A stretch of 64,000 nucleotides of DNA from contig JBAQJS010000145.1 of assembly GCA_049300435.1 (NCBI GenBank), positions 13,044 through 77,043 on the forward strand, written 5' to 3'. The stretch comes from Candidatus Acidiferrales bacterium. Its GTDB lineage: Bacteria > Acidobacteriota > Terriglobia > Acidiferrales > UBA7541. A program made the translations under genes and the position numbers. Of this stretch, positions 10,086 through 20,543 are shown piece after piece; position 1 is the stretch's first letter, and each line of letters begins with the position of its first letter. Under the pieces are notes generated by a model. That model was not told where the DNA came from. It was given only the letters and a program-made list of their open reading frames with translations, and ran no database searches.

Positions 10086-11330
10086 TTGCACTGGTTCTGG
10101 ACAGGATTGCTGGGGGTGATTGCGCTGGCGTGGGTGCTGGCGGCTGTGGATTTGGCGCGTGGGGCGCTCGCGATTCCGGCGTTGCAAGGAAGTCAAAGGC
10201 AACAGCGCCCAACTGAAGATACGGCCGCAACCCTTCGATTCGGCGCAGCCGAATCTCAGGGTGAATCGCCCTGTGGGGCAATTCACAAGAGCAACACGAA
10301 AGGCGAGCCGCGGGTTTCGATTTTGTTTTCTGCGCGGGACGAGGGGGAAAAGTTGGCGGGGGCGGTTGCGAGTTTTTTGACTTTGGATTATGCGAATTAT
10401 GAGGTGATTGCGGTGAACGACCGGTCTGCGGATGCGACCGCGCGCATTTTGGAAGAGGCGGCGTTGCGCGATCCCCGGCTGAAAGTGGTGCAGGTGACTT
10501 CCCTGCCGGTTGGATGGCTGGGAAAAACGCATGGATTGCAGACGGCTTTCGAGCACTCGAGCGGCGAGTGGCTGATTTTTACGGATGCGGACGTGCATTT
10601 CGAGCCGGACGTGTTGCGGTTGACGGTTGCGCTGGCGGAAGAGAGAGGGTGGGACCACCTGACGCTTTTGTGCCGCGCGGAGATGTTCACGGTGGGCGAA
10701 AAAATCGCGATGACATTTTTCGCGACGGCGTTTCTGATGAGTTTGCGGCCGTGGCGGGTGAGCGATCCGCGATCGAACACGTATGTGGGAGTGGGCGCGT
10801 TCCAACTGGTGCGGCGCAGCGCGTACGAGAAGATGGGGACGCACCGGCGGCTGGCTATGGAAGTGGTTGACGACGTGAAGCTGGGGAAGCTGGTGAAGCA
10901 TGCGGGGCTGCGGTCCGGGATTGCGAAATCGGGGCGGACGGTGAGCGTGCACTGGCACGCGGGCCTAGGGAATATCGTGCGCGGGACGACGAAGAATTTT
11001 TACGCGGCGACCGGGTTCCGGCTGTGGATGGCTTGCGGGCAGGTTGCCGGGATTTTGCTGGCGTTCGTGGCGCCTTGGGTGGCGTTGCCGTTGCTGAGCG
11101 GGTGGGGACGGACATTCGCGGCGGTGGCGATTGTGTTGCCGGTGCTGGGGCAGGCGGGGGCCGCGGTGGAACTGGGCGAGTCGCCTTTGTATGGGTTGAC
11201 GCAGCCGATTGGGGCTTTGATTTTTGCGTGGATGCTGGTGCGGTCAACCTTTGTGACTTTGCGGCAGGGCGGGATTTATTGGCGGGGGACGTTTTATGGG
11301 ATTGAGGAGTTGAAGCGCGGGGTGGTGTGA
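10086..11330 (+). CDS. Family 2 glycosyltransferase, membrane-anchored
   Basis: VSILFSARDEGEKL...YEVIAVNDRSADAT and FTDADVHF (DxD) GT2 signatures with several C-terminal TM helices. Start is TTG at 10086 (uncertain). Confidence 0.7.
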   Translation: MHWFWTGLLGVIALAWVLAAVDLARGALAIPALQGSQRQQRPTEDTAATLRFGAAESQGESPCGAIHKSNTKGEPRVSILFSARDEGEKLAGAVASFLTLDYANYEVIAVNDRSADATARILEEAALRDPRLKVVQVTSLPVGWLGKTHGLQTAFEHSSGEWLIFTDADVHFEPDVLRLTVALAEERGWDHLTLLCRAEMFTVGEKIAMTFFATAFLMSLRPWRVSDPRSNTYVGVGAFQLVRRSAYEKMGTHRRLAMEVVDDVKLGKLVKHAGLRSGIAKSGRTVSVHWHAGLGNIVRGTTKNFYAATGFRLWMACGQVAGILLAFVAPWVALPLLSGWGRTFAAVAIVLPVLGQAGAAVELGESPLYGLTQPIGALIFAWMLVRSTFVTLRQGGIYWRGTFYGIEELKRGVV

Positions 11331-11357
11331 GATTTTGGCGCGTGGCGTTGCGACAGG

Positions 11358-11644
11358 GGCGAGGCAAGCCTCGCCTGAGAGAAAGCGGAAGCCTTTCGAA
11401 CCTGCCACTGGCAGGCTCTCAAGCCGAGCAAGTTCCCGCACTCCATCCGTGGAGCGCCTATGGCGTGGGTCCCGGTTGAGAGCGGCGGCAGGTTTGCGGC
11501 GCGGGCGGGATCGTCTGTGCCGCTGAGGCCACGCTGAGCGACGCACCATTCACGTCAAAGGCGGGCGCAGCAAGTAGCGCCCCTACCGTTGCTTCTACGT
11601 GGAGTCGTCCACGCCATCGGGCGCGGCACGCTGTGCCCCTACCG
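11358..11644. repeat. Cluster of GC-rich palindromic (REP-like) stem-loops
   Basis: GGCGAGGCAAGCCTCGCC 11358-11375, CCTGCCACTGGCAGG 11401-11415, GGGCGCAGCAAGTAGCGCCC+CTACC 11563-11587, CGTGGAGTCGTCCACG 11598-11613, GGGCGCGGCACGCTGTGCCCCTACCG 11619-11644. Confidence 0.8.
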
Positions 11645-11665
11645 ACAGGCCGGACTGGTCGTTGG

Positions 11666-12397
11666 CTATTTGAAGAAGGAGTAGCCGATGTAGATTACGC
11701 TGAAGTCCACACCGGGGTTGAAATCGTGGCGGTAGGCGTTGGAAATGTGCTGGTATTTGTAGCCGATGCGCCAGGCGCGGGTGCGGGAAGAATTGAAGAG
11801 GTCCACGCCGCCCTGAAAATCGAAAGTGAAATTGAATTGAGTGCCTCCGGGAATGTCCACGGGAACGGGACGAACGGAGGCGACGAAGCCGGCGGTGGAG
11901 GCGATGAAGGGCTGCACGCGATGCTGGCGGCGAAAATTCAGTTTTAGTCCGATGGGATTGAAGCCGCCGCCGTACACGGTTTCGCGGCCGCTGGAGCAAT
12001 AGCCATATATGCCAGGGTTCAGACATACCTGGTAGCTGGGTTGGCGGACGGTTTCGACGGGGATGACGTCGAGGGTGTATTGCAGCGCGGTGAAGGGCTT
12101 GTCATAGAGGGTGCGGGCGTAGCGCAGGGCAAAAAGGCCGACCTGGCGGTCGGACGTGCTGCCGAAAACCTGGGAATTGGCGAATGAATAGCCGCCCCAG
12201 ACGCCGAATTCGTTGCCCGGAGGATAGAGTGGGGCGGGGACCGGTCCTTGTGCCGGCGCTGGAGGCTGTGCCTGTGCGCGGGCTGTGGAGGATGAGGCTG
12301 CGACGGTTAGGAGTGTCAGCAGAAGCGGGAGCAGGAGCGACTTGGCGTGCGTTCGGATGAGGCGCAATGAGGTTTTCTCCGTCTGGGAAATTAGCAT
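11666..12397 (-). CDS. PagL-like acyloxyacyl hydrolase / lipid A deacylase outer-membrane beta-barrel
   Basis: Signal peptide (LLLPLLLTLLTVAASSSTARAQA), beta-barrel-like alternating pattern, HISNA His/Ser motif and aromatic C-terminus YIGYSFFK. Start ATG 12397 (MLISQTEK). Confidence 0.6.
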   Translation of the reverse strand: MLISQTEKTSLRLIRTHAKSLLLPLLLTLLTVAASSSTARAQAQPPAPAQGPVPAPLYPPGNEFGVWGGYSFANSQVFGSTSDRQVGLFALRYARTLYDKPFTALQYTLDVIPVETVRQPSYQVCLNPGIYGYCSSGRETVYGGGFNPIGLKLNFRRQHRVQPFIASTAGFVASVRPVPVDIPGGTQFNFTFDFQGGVDLFNSSRTRAWRIGYKYQHISNAYRHDFNPGVDFSVIYIGYSFFK

Positions 12398-12518
12398 GGG
12401 GATTTGATTGTAGCTCACGAATTTTTGGCTTGATGGGAAATCAGGGCGATTGGCGGAAGCCGGTGGCTGGACTGCGCAGCGCCGTGGATTGAGGCTTGGA
12501 AGCGTTGATGGAAGGCAC

Positions 12519-12759
12519 GCGAGGCAAGCCTCGCGCAATGCAAAGCGGCGGCAAGCCGCCGCACCCCAAAATGGTTAGCGGCCCGCGTCCAACGCGGGGA
12601 CGCGGGCACGGCATGGCTACAGCGGGCGGTTCGCGAACCGCCCGTACGGCGCCCTCGCGGGGCTGAAGCCGTGGCAAGCTGGGGCGCAGCAAGCAGCGCC
12701 CCTACCCTGATATTTCGGACGCTGGGCGCTGTGAACATGGGCACGGCATGCCGTGCGCC
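12519..12759. repeat. Second cluster of the same GC-rich palindromic stem-loops
   Basis: GCGAGGCAAGCCTCGC 12519-12534, identical to the 16-mer at 11359-11374. GCGGCGGCAAGCCGCCGC 12545-12562, CCCGCGTCCAACGCGGG 12582-12598, CGGGCGGTTCGCGAACCGCCCG 12623-12644, GGGGCGCAGCAAGCAGCGCCCC+TACCC 12681-12707, GGCACGGCATGCCGTGCGCC 12740-12759. Confidence 0.8.
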
Positions 12760-14921
12760 TATATCTTTGCGCTGCGTTTGCGGGGCTTGGCCGGCGACTT
12801 AGGTTTGGCTGGCGGAGCGGCGACCTGCGCGACTGCGTGTGTGGCGGCGGGCTCTTGCGGCTCTGCTTCTGCTGGGCTGGCGGAGGTTGGCGCGGGAGGT
12901 GGAGCGTCCGGTGGGGCGGGGGCGAAGATGGCGCCGAGGTCGCGTTGTTTCAGGGCGCGGACGCGGTCGCGGATTGTTGCGGCGCGTTCGAATTCGAAAT
13001 TTTTGGCGGCTTCGCGCATCTGGGTTTCTAGCTGGGCGATGGCGTGAATCATTTGCGCTTCGCTGGTGATTTCGCCGATGACCGGATCGTCGGCCGGGAC
13101 GGTGAGGTAATCGGCTTCGATGATGCGGGCAAGCTGCATATCCACGGACTTGATGATGGATTGCGGGGTGATGTTGTGCTCGCGATTGTAGGCTTCCTGG
13201 ATGGCGCGGCGGCGGCTGGTTTCACCGATGGCCTGGCGCATGGAATCAGTCATGCGGTCGGCGTAGAGAATGGCGCGGCCTTCGATGTGGCGAGCGCAGC
13301 GGCCCATGGTCTGGACTAAGGAGGTGGCGCTGCGGAGGTAGCCTTCCTTATCGGCATCGAGGATGGCGACGAGCGAAACTTCGGGGAGGTCGAGGCCTTC
13401 GCGGAGAAGGTTGATGCCGATGAGGACATCGAATTCGCCGCGGCGCAGGTCGCGCAGGATGCGGACTCTTTCCAGAGTGTCAATCTCGGAGTGCAGGTAA
13501 CGGACGCGAATGCCGACCTCGGCGAAATATTCGGCGAGGTCTTCGGCCATGCGCTTGGTGAGAGTGGTGACCAGGATGCGTTCGTTGCGCGCGGTGCGCT
13601 GCCGGATTTGTTCGAGGAGATCATCCACCTGGCCTTTCACGGGGCGAACTTCGACTTCGGGGTCCACGAGGCCGGTGGGGCGAATGACCTGCTCGACGAC
13701 GCCGCCGCCGGTCTTGGTGAGCTCGTAGGGGCCGGGCGTGGCGGAAACGTACACGACTTGATTGGTGCGGTGCTCGAACTCCTCGAAAGTGAGCGGGCGA
13801 TTATCGAGGGCGGAAGGCATGCGGAAGCCGTAGTTCACGAGAGTTTGTTTGCGCGAGCGGTCACCGTGATACATGGCGTGAAGCTGTGGAACGGTCTGGT
13901 GGGATTCGTCCACCACGAGAAGATAGTCTGAGGGGACGTAATCGAGCAGGGTGGGCGGCGCTTCGCCCGGCAAGCGGCCGGAAAGATGACGCGAATAATT
14001 TTCGATGCCGTGGCAGTAGCCGATGGTGCGCATCATCTCGATATCGAAATTGGTGCGCTGCACGATGCGCTGCGATTCGACGATCTTACCCTGGCGGCTT
14101 AGTTCGCCTTTCCACCACTCCATTTCCTCGTAGATGCTCTGGATGGCGCGCTCGCGCTGTTCGGCGGGCAGGACGTAGTGCGTCTTGGGATAGATGGGCT
14201 GGCGGGTGATTTCGCCTTCGCGGGTGAGGCGGATTTCGCCGGTGAGCGGGTCAATCTTGCGGATGGCTTCGATCTGGGTGCCCCAGAGTTCGATGCGGAC
14301 CGCGAGATCGTCGTAGGGAGGATAGATTTCGATGATGTCGCCGCGCACGCGGAAGGTGCCGCGGCGGAGATCTTCGCCGCGCTCGTACTGAATTTCGACG
14401 AGCTTGCGCAGGATGGTTTCGCGGTTGATGGACATGCCCTTTTCGAGCAGGAGCATCATGCCGTAATAAGCTTCGGGCGAGCCCAGACCGTAGATGCAGG
14501 AGACGGAGGCGACGATGATGACGTCGCGGCGCTCGAAGAGGGAGCGGGTGGCGCTCATACGGAGTTTGTCCAGCTCGTCGTTGATGGTGGATTCTTTTTC
14601 GATGTAGGTGTCGCTGGCCGGGACGTAGGCTTCGGGCTGGTAGTAATCGTAATAGCTGACGAAATATTCGACGGCGTTATCGGGGAAGAAGGATTTGAAT
14701 TCGTGGAAGAGCTGCGCGGCGAGAGTTTTATTGTGGGCGAGGACGATGGTGGGGCGGTTGATCTCCTCGATGACCTTGGCCATGGTGAAAGTCTTGCCGG
14801 AGCCGGTGACGCCGAGGAGGACCTGGTGGCGGTCACCGGCGGCGAGGCCAGAGAGAAGCTGGGAGATGGCCTGGGGCTGGTCGCCGCGGGGTTGGTAATC
14901 GCTGGCTAGCTTGAATTTCAT
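12759..14921 (-). CDS. uvrB: Excinuclease ABC subunit B
   Basis: [12 protein letters not shown] Walker [10 protein letters not shown] DExH box, helicase C motifs and UVR domain [15 protein letters not shown], then a ~65-aa Pro/Ala-rich tail. Confidence 0.95.
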   Translation of the reverse strand: MKFKLASDYQPRGDQPQAISQLLSGLAAGDRHQVLLGVTGSGKTFTMAKVIEEINRPTIVLAHNKTLAAQLFHEFKSFFPDNAVEYFVSYYDYYQPEAYVPASDTYIEKESTINDELDKLRMSATRSLFERRDVIIVASVSCIYGLGSPEAYYGMMLLLEKGMSINRETILRKLVEIQYERGEDLRRGTFRVRGDIIEIYPPYDDLAVRIELWGTQIEAIRKIDPLTGEIRLTREGEITRQPIYPKTHYVLPAEQRERAIQSIYEEMEWWKGELSRQGKIVESQRIVQRTNFDIEMMRTIGYCHGIENYSRHLSGRLPGEAPPTLLDYVPSDYLLVVDESHQTVPQLHAMYHGDRSRKQTLVNYGFRMPSALDNRPLTFEEFEHRTNQVVYVSATPGPYELTKTGGGVVEQVIRPTGLVDPEVEVRPVKGQVDDLLEQIRQRTARNERILVTTLTKRMAEDLAEYFAEVGIRVRYLHSEIDTLERVRILRDLRRGEFDVLIGINLLREGLDLPEVSLVAILDADKEGYLRSATSLVQTMGRCARHIEGRAILYADRMTDSMRQAIGETSRRRAIQEAYNREHNITPQSIIKSVDMQLARIIEADYLTVPADDPVIGEITSEAQMIHAIAQLETQMREAAKNFEFERAATIRDRVRALKQRDLGAIFAPAPPDAPPPAPTSASPAEAEPQEPAATHAVAQVAAPPAKPKSPAKPRKRSAKI

Positions 14922-15233
14922 GGGACCGCCCTCAGCGCGTGCGCCGCGCCCTGTGCAAAACTTTAATTATAACGCATTTGGGCACGGAGTGCAGAGGCGT
15001 TGCGGATGCGGGCGGTGAGTCGGTTTCCGACTGCGGCGTTGGAACGACCGGCGGGTCCATCTTGCCCCGCTTAGTTCGCGTGTTACGCGTAACAGCAGGC
15101 GAGCTCGGCCGTCGGAAAGTCCGAACTCGCCGTGGCCGCATGCGGCTGACCGGGCCTCTACTTCCGTTGCCAGCCCCAGATGAATCGTAATGCCTGACAA
15201 GTCAAGTCTGCGTGGCCACAATTCTGGCGAGGT

Positions 15234-15629
15234 CTAGCTCTCGCTGCGTACGGCGGCGCCGCGGGGCGTCAAAACGGCAAGGACGATGGCGACGATGAAT
15301 AACGCCGGGATGTCGCCGAGAAGGTGACCGTGCTCTGAAGGGGCATTGATCACTTGTACGGTCATGATCCCGGCATGGACAAAGCTCGACCATACGGTGA
15401 ACCAGATAAGGCTGCGGTTCTGCAAGGGATTTCGAGAAGCGATGAGGAGAAAGACGCCCAAAGTGGCATAGACACCGAGAATCATTTGTTCGTATTCGGG
15501 TTGATTGGGCTGCCAGCGCCAACCGGACGGCCACCAGAGCGTCATCATCGGATAGACGCCCGCAATAAAGATCAACCCAACGAGAACCAACGCTATGCGC
15601 AAAAAACGCAAGCGCGCGACATCGTTCAT
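15234..15629 (-). CDS. Hypothetical small integral membrane protein (4 TM)
   Basis: MNDVARLRFLRIALVLVGLIFIAGVYP... has four hydrophobic helices. Start ATG 15629 chosen within ORF 15234..15692. Confidence 0.5.
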   Translation of the reverse strand: MNDVARLRFLRIALVLVGLIFIAGVYPMMTLWWPSGWRWQPNQPEYEQMILGVYATLGVFLLIASRNPLQNRSLIWFTVWSSFVHAGIMTVQVINAPSEHGHLLGDIPALFIVAIVLAVLTPRGAAVRSES

Positions 15630-15743
15630 TTGTGACCTCCGCGAATCTTCGTGAGAAGGGACCGCACTTGAGCGGGATGCTAGACCTTGCACCGGGACAT
15701 GTCAACTCATCGCTACTCATGCAAAAACAGCCCTTGGACTGGG

Positions 15744-16955
15744 CTAGGGCTGCGCGGGGGCGACGTTGGGCAATTGGGTGATTTCGGACTGGGTTTCGAT
15801 TTTTCCGGCGTAGTGGATTTTCGAGCCGGAAATGGCGCTGACGATTTCGAAGTCCATTTGCTGGGAGCTGGTTTGGGTGGAGCGCACCAGCATGCCGGTG
15901 CGGAGCGAAACGTCGTCGAGGCTCTGGCCCTGGCCGGTCCAGGTGCCGGAGGTGCGCAGACCGTTGTGGCGATAGTCTTCGGGGGTGGCGTCGGAACCCG
16001 CGGAGCCGTGGCGCAGGATTTCAAAGCGGGTGAGGAGCACGGCGCAGAGGGGCTGGGCTGCGGCGGAGTTTGCGGCGGATTTTTGCGCGGGAGGTGCGGA
16101 GGCGTCGGGAAGCTCGCAGGGTTCGTCGCGCAGGTAAGTGGATTGGGTGCGCCAGAGCAGATTGGCGAGCGGGGTGTGGTCGAGAGGGCGCTCGTCGTCC
16201 CATTTTTGTCCGATGGCGATGCCGTCGCGCGGCAGATTCGCGCTGGGAGAGAAGCCGTCGAGCCAGTTGCGCATGGTGTTGGCGGCGGAGGGATTGGAGA
16301 GGACATCGTCGAGGCCGGTGACATGAGAAATTTTTCCGCCGGGCTCGATGGTGAATTCGACGTAGCGGCCTTGCAGGCGATTGTATTGATCGTCGAGAGA
16401 AGTGGCGGCGGGATCGTAGGCGTCGGTCTCGGTGGAGGCAGTGGCTTTTTCGTAGGTGGCGCGGAGGCGGTAGGCCTGGGGCGCGCCGTTCGCGCCGGGC
16501 TGGACGCCGAGGACGTCGAGGCGAAGCTGGAGGTCGGCGACTTGCTTGAGTTGCGAGGCGGCCTCGGGATTTACGATGGGCGTGGTGGTGATGCCGGTGG
16601 TGGTGGTGCGGGATTCGATGTGGTAGCGGAAGGATTGACCCATCGTGAAGTTGGGGGTGAGGTGGATGCGTTCGGGGGGGACGCCGCGCAGGTTCGCGGG
16701 CAGCAGGAATAGGGCGAGGATTGCGATGGCGGCGGTTGCGGCGAGGCGGTGCCGTTTGGGTTTTGGCGAGGGGAGAGATGGGCGGTGGCGTCGCGTCCGG
16801 CGCGCGCGTCGGAAGGCGGCCCATGCAAATTGAGAGACGAGGGCAAGAAGGCGGCAGGACGCCGGCGGTACGAATGCAACGGCGAATTCAGCGGCGGTTT
16901 CGACCGCAATTGCTCGCTGCTGGCTTGGCGGGGTTTGGTGGTGGGTTCTGTTCAA
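15744..16955 (-). CDS. Hypothetical membrane-anchored/secreted protein
   Basis: 403-aa ORF with one hydrophobic anchor (LAATAAIAILALFLLP) and balanced composition afterwards. No recognisable motif; start uncertain. Confidence 0.45.
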   Translation of the reverse strand: MNRTHHQTPPSQQRAIAVETAAEFAVAFVPPASCRLLALVSQFAWAAFRRARRTRRHRPSLPSPKPKRHRLAATAAIAILALFLLPANLRGVPPERIHLTPNFTMGQSFRYHIESRTTTTGITTTPIVNPEAASQLKQVADLQLRLDVLGVQPGANGAPQAYRLRATYEKATASTETDAYDPAATSLDDQYNRLQGRYVEFTIEPGGKISHVTGLDDVLSNPSAANTMRNWLDGFSPSANLPRDGIAIGQKWDDERPLDHTPLANLLWRTQSTYLRDEPCELPDASAPPAQKSAANSAAAQPLCAVLLTRFEILRHGSAGSDATPEDYRHNGLRTSGTWTGQGQSLDDVSLRTGMLVRSTQTSSQQMDFEIVSAISGSKIHYAGKIETQSEITQLPNVAPAQP

Positions 16956-16960
16956 CTCGG

Positions 16961-19597
16961 TTACTCCCTGGGACGGGATGCTGGGGGATTGATTAACTGA
17001 AATTCAGGGGCACGGAGGACGCCGGTTAGATGGAAGAGCTCGGGGGCTGCGGCCGGCACGTCGTTATTTGAGTTGGCGCCGGGAAGAGAGCGCAGTTGCA
17101 GGTCGAGGTTGCGGGAGAAGTCCACGGAGCCGGAAGCGTCGAATTCCTGGGTCGCGCCCTGCAGGCGCAGGCGGCGAAAGATGACTTTCCCGTCGTCGCA
17201 GGCAAATACGGCGGAGGCGGCGGGAAAGACGCTCGTGCCGGGGCGGCGCAGCGCTTCGCGGATGGATTCCGACAGGCTGATATTTTCCAGCTTTGCGTCG
17301 GTGATGCGCGCGTTGCCCTGGCATGCGAGCGAGGAGAGCAAATCGGCGCGCGTGGCGCCGCTGGAATCGAGCAAGAATTCGCCGGAGGCCGAGCCGGCAA
17401 AGAGATCGGCCAGGGCGGGAAAAGCGGAGGAAAGGGCGGCGAGGTCCACGCGCGTGTAATCGAGACGGACGCGGTAGGCGGGCGCGGCAGTGAGTTGGGC
17501 GTCGAGGGAGCCTTCGACGGCGCCGCCGTAGAATTGGGCTTTGGCGCCGGAGAATTCCATGTGGCGGCCACCGATTTTCAAATCGGTTTGCAAACGGCGC
17601 AGGGCGAGAGGCGCGAGCGAAAACTGGTCCACATTGATGCGGCCCTCGGCGCGGAGACTTTCGGGGACGGCGTTCACGGGCGAACTGGAATTCAGGAACG
17701 GCAGCATGCGGTCCAGAAAACTTTGCCGCCAGCGGGGATTGAGCCAGCGGTCCAGGTCCACGGCGGAGAGCGTGTCCGTGGATAGCGCGAACTGCCAACC
17801 GGTGGCGGCGTCGCGGCGATCGAATGTGCCGGACCAGCGCGAGCCGAAAGCTTCCGCGGAGGCGAGCGCGATGTGGCGCAGGCCGGGCTTCAAATCCGCG
17901 CGCGCCCTGATCTGCTTGACGGACTGATTCAAGAACGGCGTGAGTAGCGAAGCGCCGGTGGATTCCCCTCCCCAGTCAATCGTGCCGATGGGCTGGGTCT
18001 GCCAGGGATAGCGCGCGCCCTGCCACCGGAGATCGCAGCGCACCGGGCCAGCCAGATCCCAACCGCGGGAAATATTCCATCCCAGAGCTCCGACGGTGGC
18101 CACCAGGTCGCGCACTTGCGCGAGATTGCCGGACAAATGATAAGTGGAAAATTCGTGCAGCACGGGCGCTGCGATGGTTTCCAGGCGAAACGAACCATCG
18201 GAAGGCCCGTAGGAAACGACCGCGGGGAGCAGGGTGAAGGCGTCGTGGTCGTAGCGGAACTCGGTGCGGCTGAGGTGCGCGGGAACGCTTAGGCGGGCGG
18301 TGGATAGGTCGGCGCCGGCGATGGCGCCGGCGGCCGAGGTCAGGCGCGGCGGCCAGGCGGAGAAGGCGGCGCGGACGGTGGCGGAGCCGCGGAGAGAGGA
18401 GTCGTTCGCGACATCGGGGTGAAACGCGCGAATCCAGGCGAGCACGTCGCCCAGGTCCACTTGCGACTGGGTAATTTCAAATTGAGCGGGCGCAGCTTCG
18501 GGAATCTTGCGGGGCGGCTGCATTTCGACAGCAGCGGGCCAGTAAAAATGGGCGTCGGCGCGCGCCCAGGAATGCGGGGCCTCGATGGTCGCTTCGGTAA
18601 TGTCCAGTCCGGAGGCCAGCGGATAGAGAATCATCTTGGCGTTGACGTTGAGGGCGGGATTGTCGGGGCGGAGGCCGAAATCCCAGCGATGCAGGCGGCG
18701 AAGCTCGGCGCGGCCTTGCAGCAGCCAATTGCCGCCTTGGGTCTCGGCGTGGATGACCAGGCCGAAATCGCCGCGCACGCCGAAATCGTAGCCGCGCGCA
18801 AGATGCAGAACGTCGGAGAGCGAGGCATCCTGCCAGGCCAAATCCAGAACAGCGGGGAGCAAGCGCGAAGAGGTGCCGCCGACGTGGCCGGAAACGCGAA
18901 TGGTGCCGGCCTGCTGCAAGAGGACCGCGGCGCGCATGGGAACGGCCTCCAGGTTCATGGTCCAGCGGCCGGAGCGGTCGGGCTCGACGTAGCCGTTTAC
19001 GTCCACCAGAGCGAAGGGAAGCTTTTCGTCGCCGCGTTTGAAATTGATGCGGCCGGAGCTGACGTCAATGCGGCCGAAGCGGACGGGAGGGCCGGGCGAG
19101 GACGGCGGCGCGCCCGGCGCGGCGGAGTTTGCGGATTTGGGCAGCCATTCGGCGACGTTCCAATCGCCCTGGGCGTTGCGCACCAGATTCAGGCTGGGAC
19201 CTTCGAGAGAGATGGCGCCGAGTTCGATGTGGCCGCGGAAAAAGCTTTGCCAGCGAAGACGCACGGTGAGCGAATCGGCGCGCAGAAAATATTCGTGACC
19301 GAAGCGAGGATCTTCACCGAAGGTGACGGATTCAGCTTCGAGCGTGGGGCCGCCCCAGAGTGAGAAATCGTAGCGGCCGACTTCGACGCTGCGTCCGAAA
19401 ACGGATTCGAGGCGGGCGGTGAGCCTTTTCTGCAAGCGGGTGTGGCGAATCAGCAGCGAGACGGCGAAGCCGGCGAGCCACAGCAGGAGCACGAAGGCGA
19501 CGGGCCAGCGGAGCCAGCGCGTCCAGCGACGGCGACGGCGCGGCGCCGGGTCCGGCGGCGGGGTGTGGATGGCGGGTTCCGAGAGAGTTTGCGACAT
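16961..19597 (-). CDS. AsmA-family protein (large envelope assembly protein)
   Basis: N-terminal TM anchor (WPVAFVLLLWLAGFAVSLLI) followed by a long beta-rich repetitive region resembling AsmA/TamB-like proteins. Start ATG 19597 (MSQTLSEP) avoids overlap with lepB. Confidence 0.65.
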   Translation of the reverse strand: MSQTLSEPAIHTPPPDPAPRRRRRWTRWLRWPVAFVLLLWLAGFAVSLLIRHTRLQKRLTARLESVFGRSVEVGRYDFSLWGGPTLEAESVTFGEDPRFGHEYFLRADSLTVRLRWQSFFRGHIELGAISLEGPSLNLVRNAQGDWNVAEWLPKSANSAAPGAPPSSPGPPVRFGRIDVSSGRINFKRGDEKLPFALVDVNGYVEPDRSGRWTMNLEAVPMRAAVLLQQAGTIRVSGHVGGTSSRLLPAVLDLAWQDASLSDVLHLARGYDFGVRGDFGLVIHAETQGGNWLLQGRAELRRLHRWDFGLRPDNPALNVNAKMILYPLASGLDITEATIEAPHSWARADAHFYWPAAVEMQPPRKIPEAAPAQFEITQSQVDLGDVLAWIRAFHPDVANDSSLRGSATVRAAFSAWPPRLTSAAGAIAGADLSTARLSVPAHLSRTEFRYDHDAFTLLPAVVSYGPSDGSFRLETIAAPVLHEFSTYHLSGNLAQVRDLVATVGALGWNISRGWDLAGPVRCDLRWQGARYPWQTQPIGTIDWGGESTGASLLTPFLNQSVKQIRARADLKPGLRHIALASAEAFGSRWSGTFDRRDAATGWQFALSTDTLSAVDLDRWLNPRWRQSFLDRMLPFLNSSSPVNAVPESLRAEGRINVDQFSLAPLALRRLQTDLKIGGRHMEFSGAKAQFYGGAVEGSLDAQLTAAPAYRVRLDYTRVDLAALSSAFPALADLFAGSASGEFLLDSSGATRADLLSSLACQGNARITDAKLENISLSESIREALRRPGTSVFPAASAVFACDDGKVIFRRLRLQGATQEFDASGSVDFSRNLDLQLRSLPGANSNNDVPAAAPELFHLTGVLRAPEFQLINPPASRPRE

Positions 19598-19662
19598 GGC
19601 GATCGAACGCGACGCGTTTGAAAATCGAACCGCGGCGGCGGGCACGGGGCGGCGCGCGCCTG

Positions 19663-20484
19663 CTAATGCACCTCGCGGAGCATGCGGTGCCAGCGGGTTT
19701 CGGCGCGGAGATGCAGCAGAGAGTCGGCGAAGCCGCGCAGGATGTTGGAAGCGCCGCGGGAGCGATAGTCCTCCGAAGTGGCGCGCACCGACCAATAGAT
19801 CAGCATGGGCCGGCCCATGATGGAGTCGCGATCCACGAAACCCCAGTAGCGGCTGTCCGAACTGTGGTCGCGATTATCACCCATGACGAAATAGTGATCG
19901 GGAGGGACAAGCAGCTGGCCATCGTGCACGTAATCGAGCAACTGCGCGGCCCATTCGCTGCGCGCGGTGAATTCCACGGCGTCGCGCGTGGCGGGCGGGA
20001 AATTTTCGCCGTAGGGATCCTGAAAGGCGGGATCGTGCACGACGTAGGGCTCGTGCAGCAGAGCGCCACTGAGGTACACATCGCCATTGACGATGCGCAG
20101 GCGGTCGCCGGGAAGGCCGATGACGCGTTTGACATAGTGCGGATGATCGTCGAAAGGAAATTTGAAGACGATGATGTCGCCGCGACGGACGTCGCGATAG
20201 GGCAGCAGCTTGTCGTACCAGGCACCGGTACCTTCAAATATGAATTTATTGACGAAAACGTGGTCGCCGATGAGCAGCGTGGGTTCCATCGAGCCGGAAG
20301 GGATTTTGAAAGCTTGGACCACGAAAGTAGTGCCGAAGAGCGCGAGAAGCAGGGTGACCAGCAACATTTCCAGGAATTCCGCGAGCCAGCTGCGCGATGG
20401 CGCGAATTTTTGGGGCTCGGCCACGCCCGGGTCGGGAGGGCCGGGAACATCCGTTGCGGGCAAGGCGGTGGTTTCAGATGCCAT
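19663..20484 (-). CDS. lepB: Signal peptidase I
   Basis: PSGSMEPTLLIGDHVFVNKF (Ser nucleophile box), KRVIGLPGDRL and GDNRDHSSDSRYWGFV boxes. Confidence 0.9.
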   Translation of the reverse strand: MASETTALPATDVPGPPDPGVAEPQKFAPSRSWLAEFLEMLLVTLLLALFGTTFVVQAFKIPSGSMEPTLLIGDHVFVNKFIFEGTGAWYDKLLPYRDVRRGDIIVFKFPFDDHPHYVKRVIGLPGDRLRIVNGDVYLSGALLHEPYVVHDPAFQDPYGENFPPATRDAVEFTARSEWAAQLLDYVHDGQLLVPPDHYFVMGDNRDHSSDSRYWGFVDRDSIMGRPMLIYWSVRATSEDYRSRGASNILRGFADSLLHLRAETRWHRMLREVH

Positions 20485-20543
20485 GAGTTCACTTTAGCAG
20501 CTTGGGGAAAAAATCAGCAAGGGCGGTTGTGCGCCGCGCCGGA

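Noticed and set aside
11358-12759. Repeated GC-rich palindromes considered as a CRISPR array.
   Set aside because: The repeat units are heterogeneous (16-26 nt, several different sequences), irregularly spaced and split by a protein-coding gene. No cas genes are present in the window.
12759-12960. Pro/Ala-rich ~65-aa C-terminal extension of UvrB, considered as a possible fused or separate gene.
   Set aside because: It is in frame and continuous with the UVR domain, with low-complexity linker-like sequence. There is no evidence for an independent feature.
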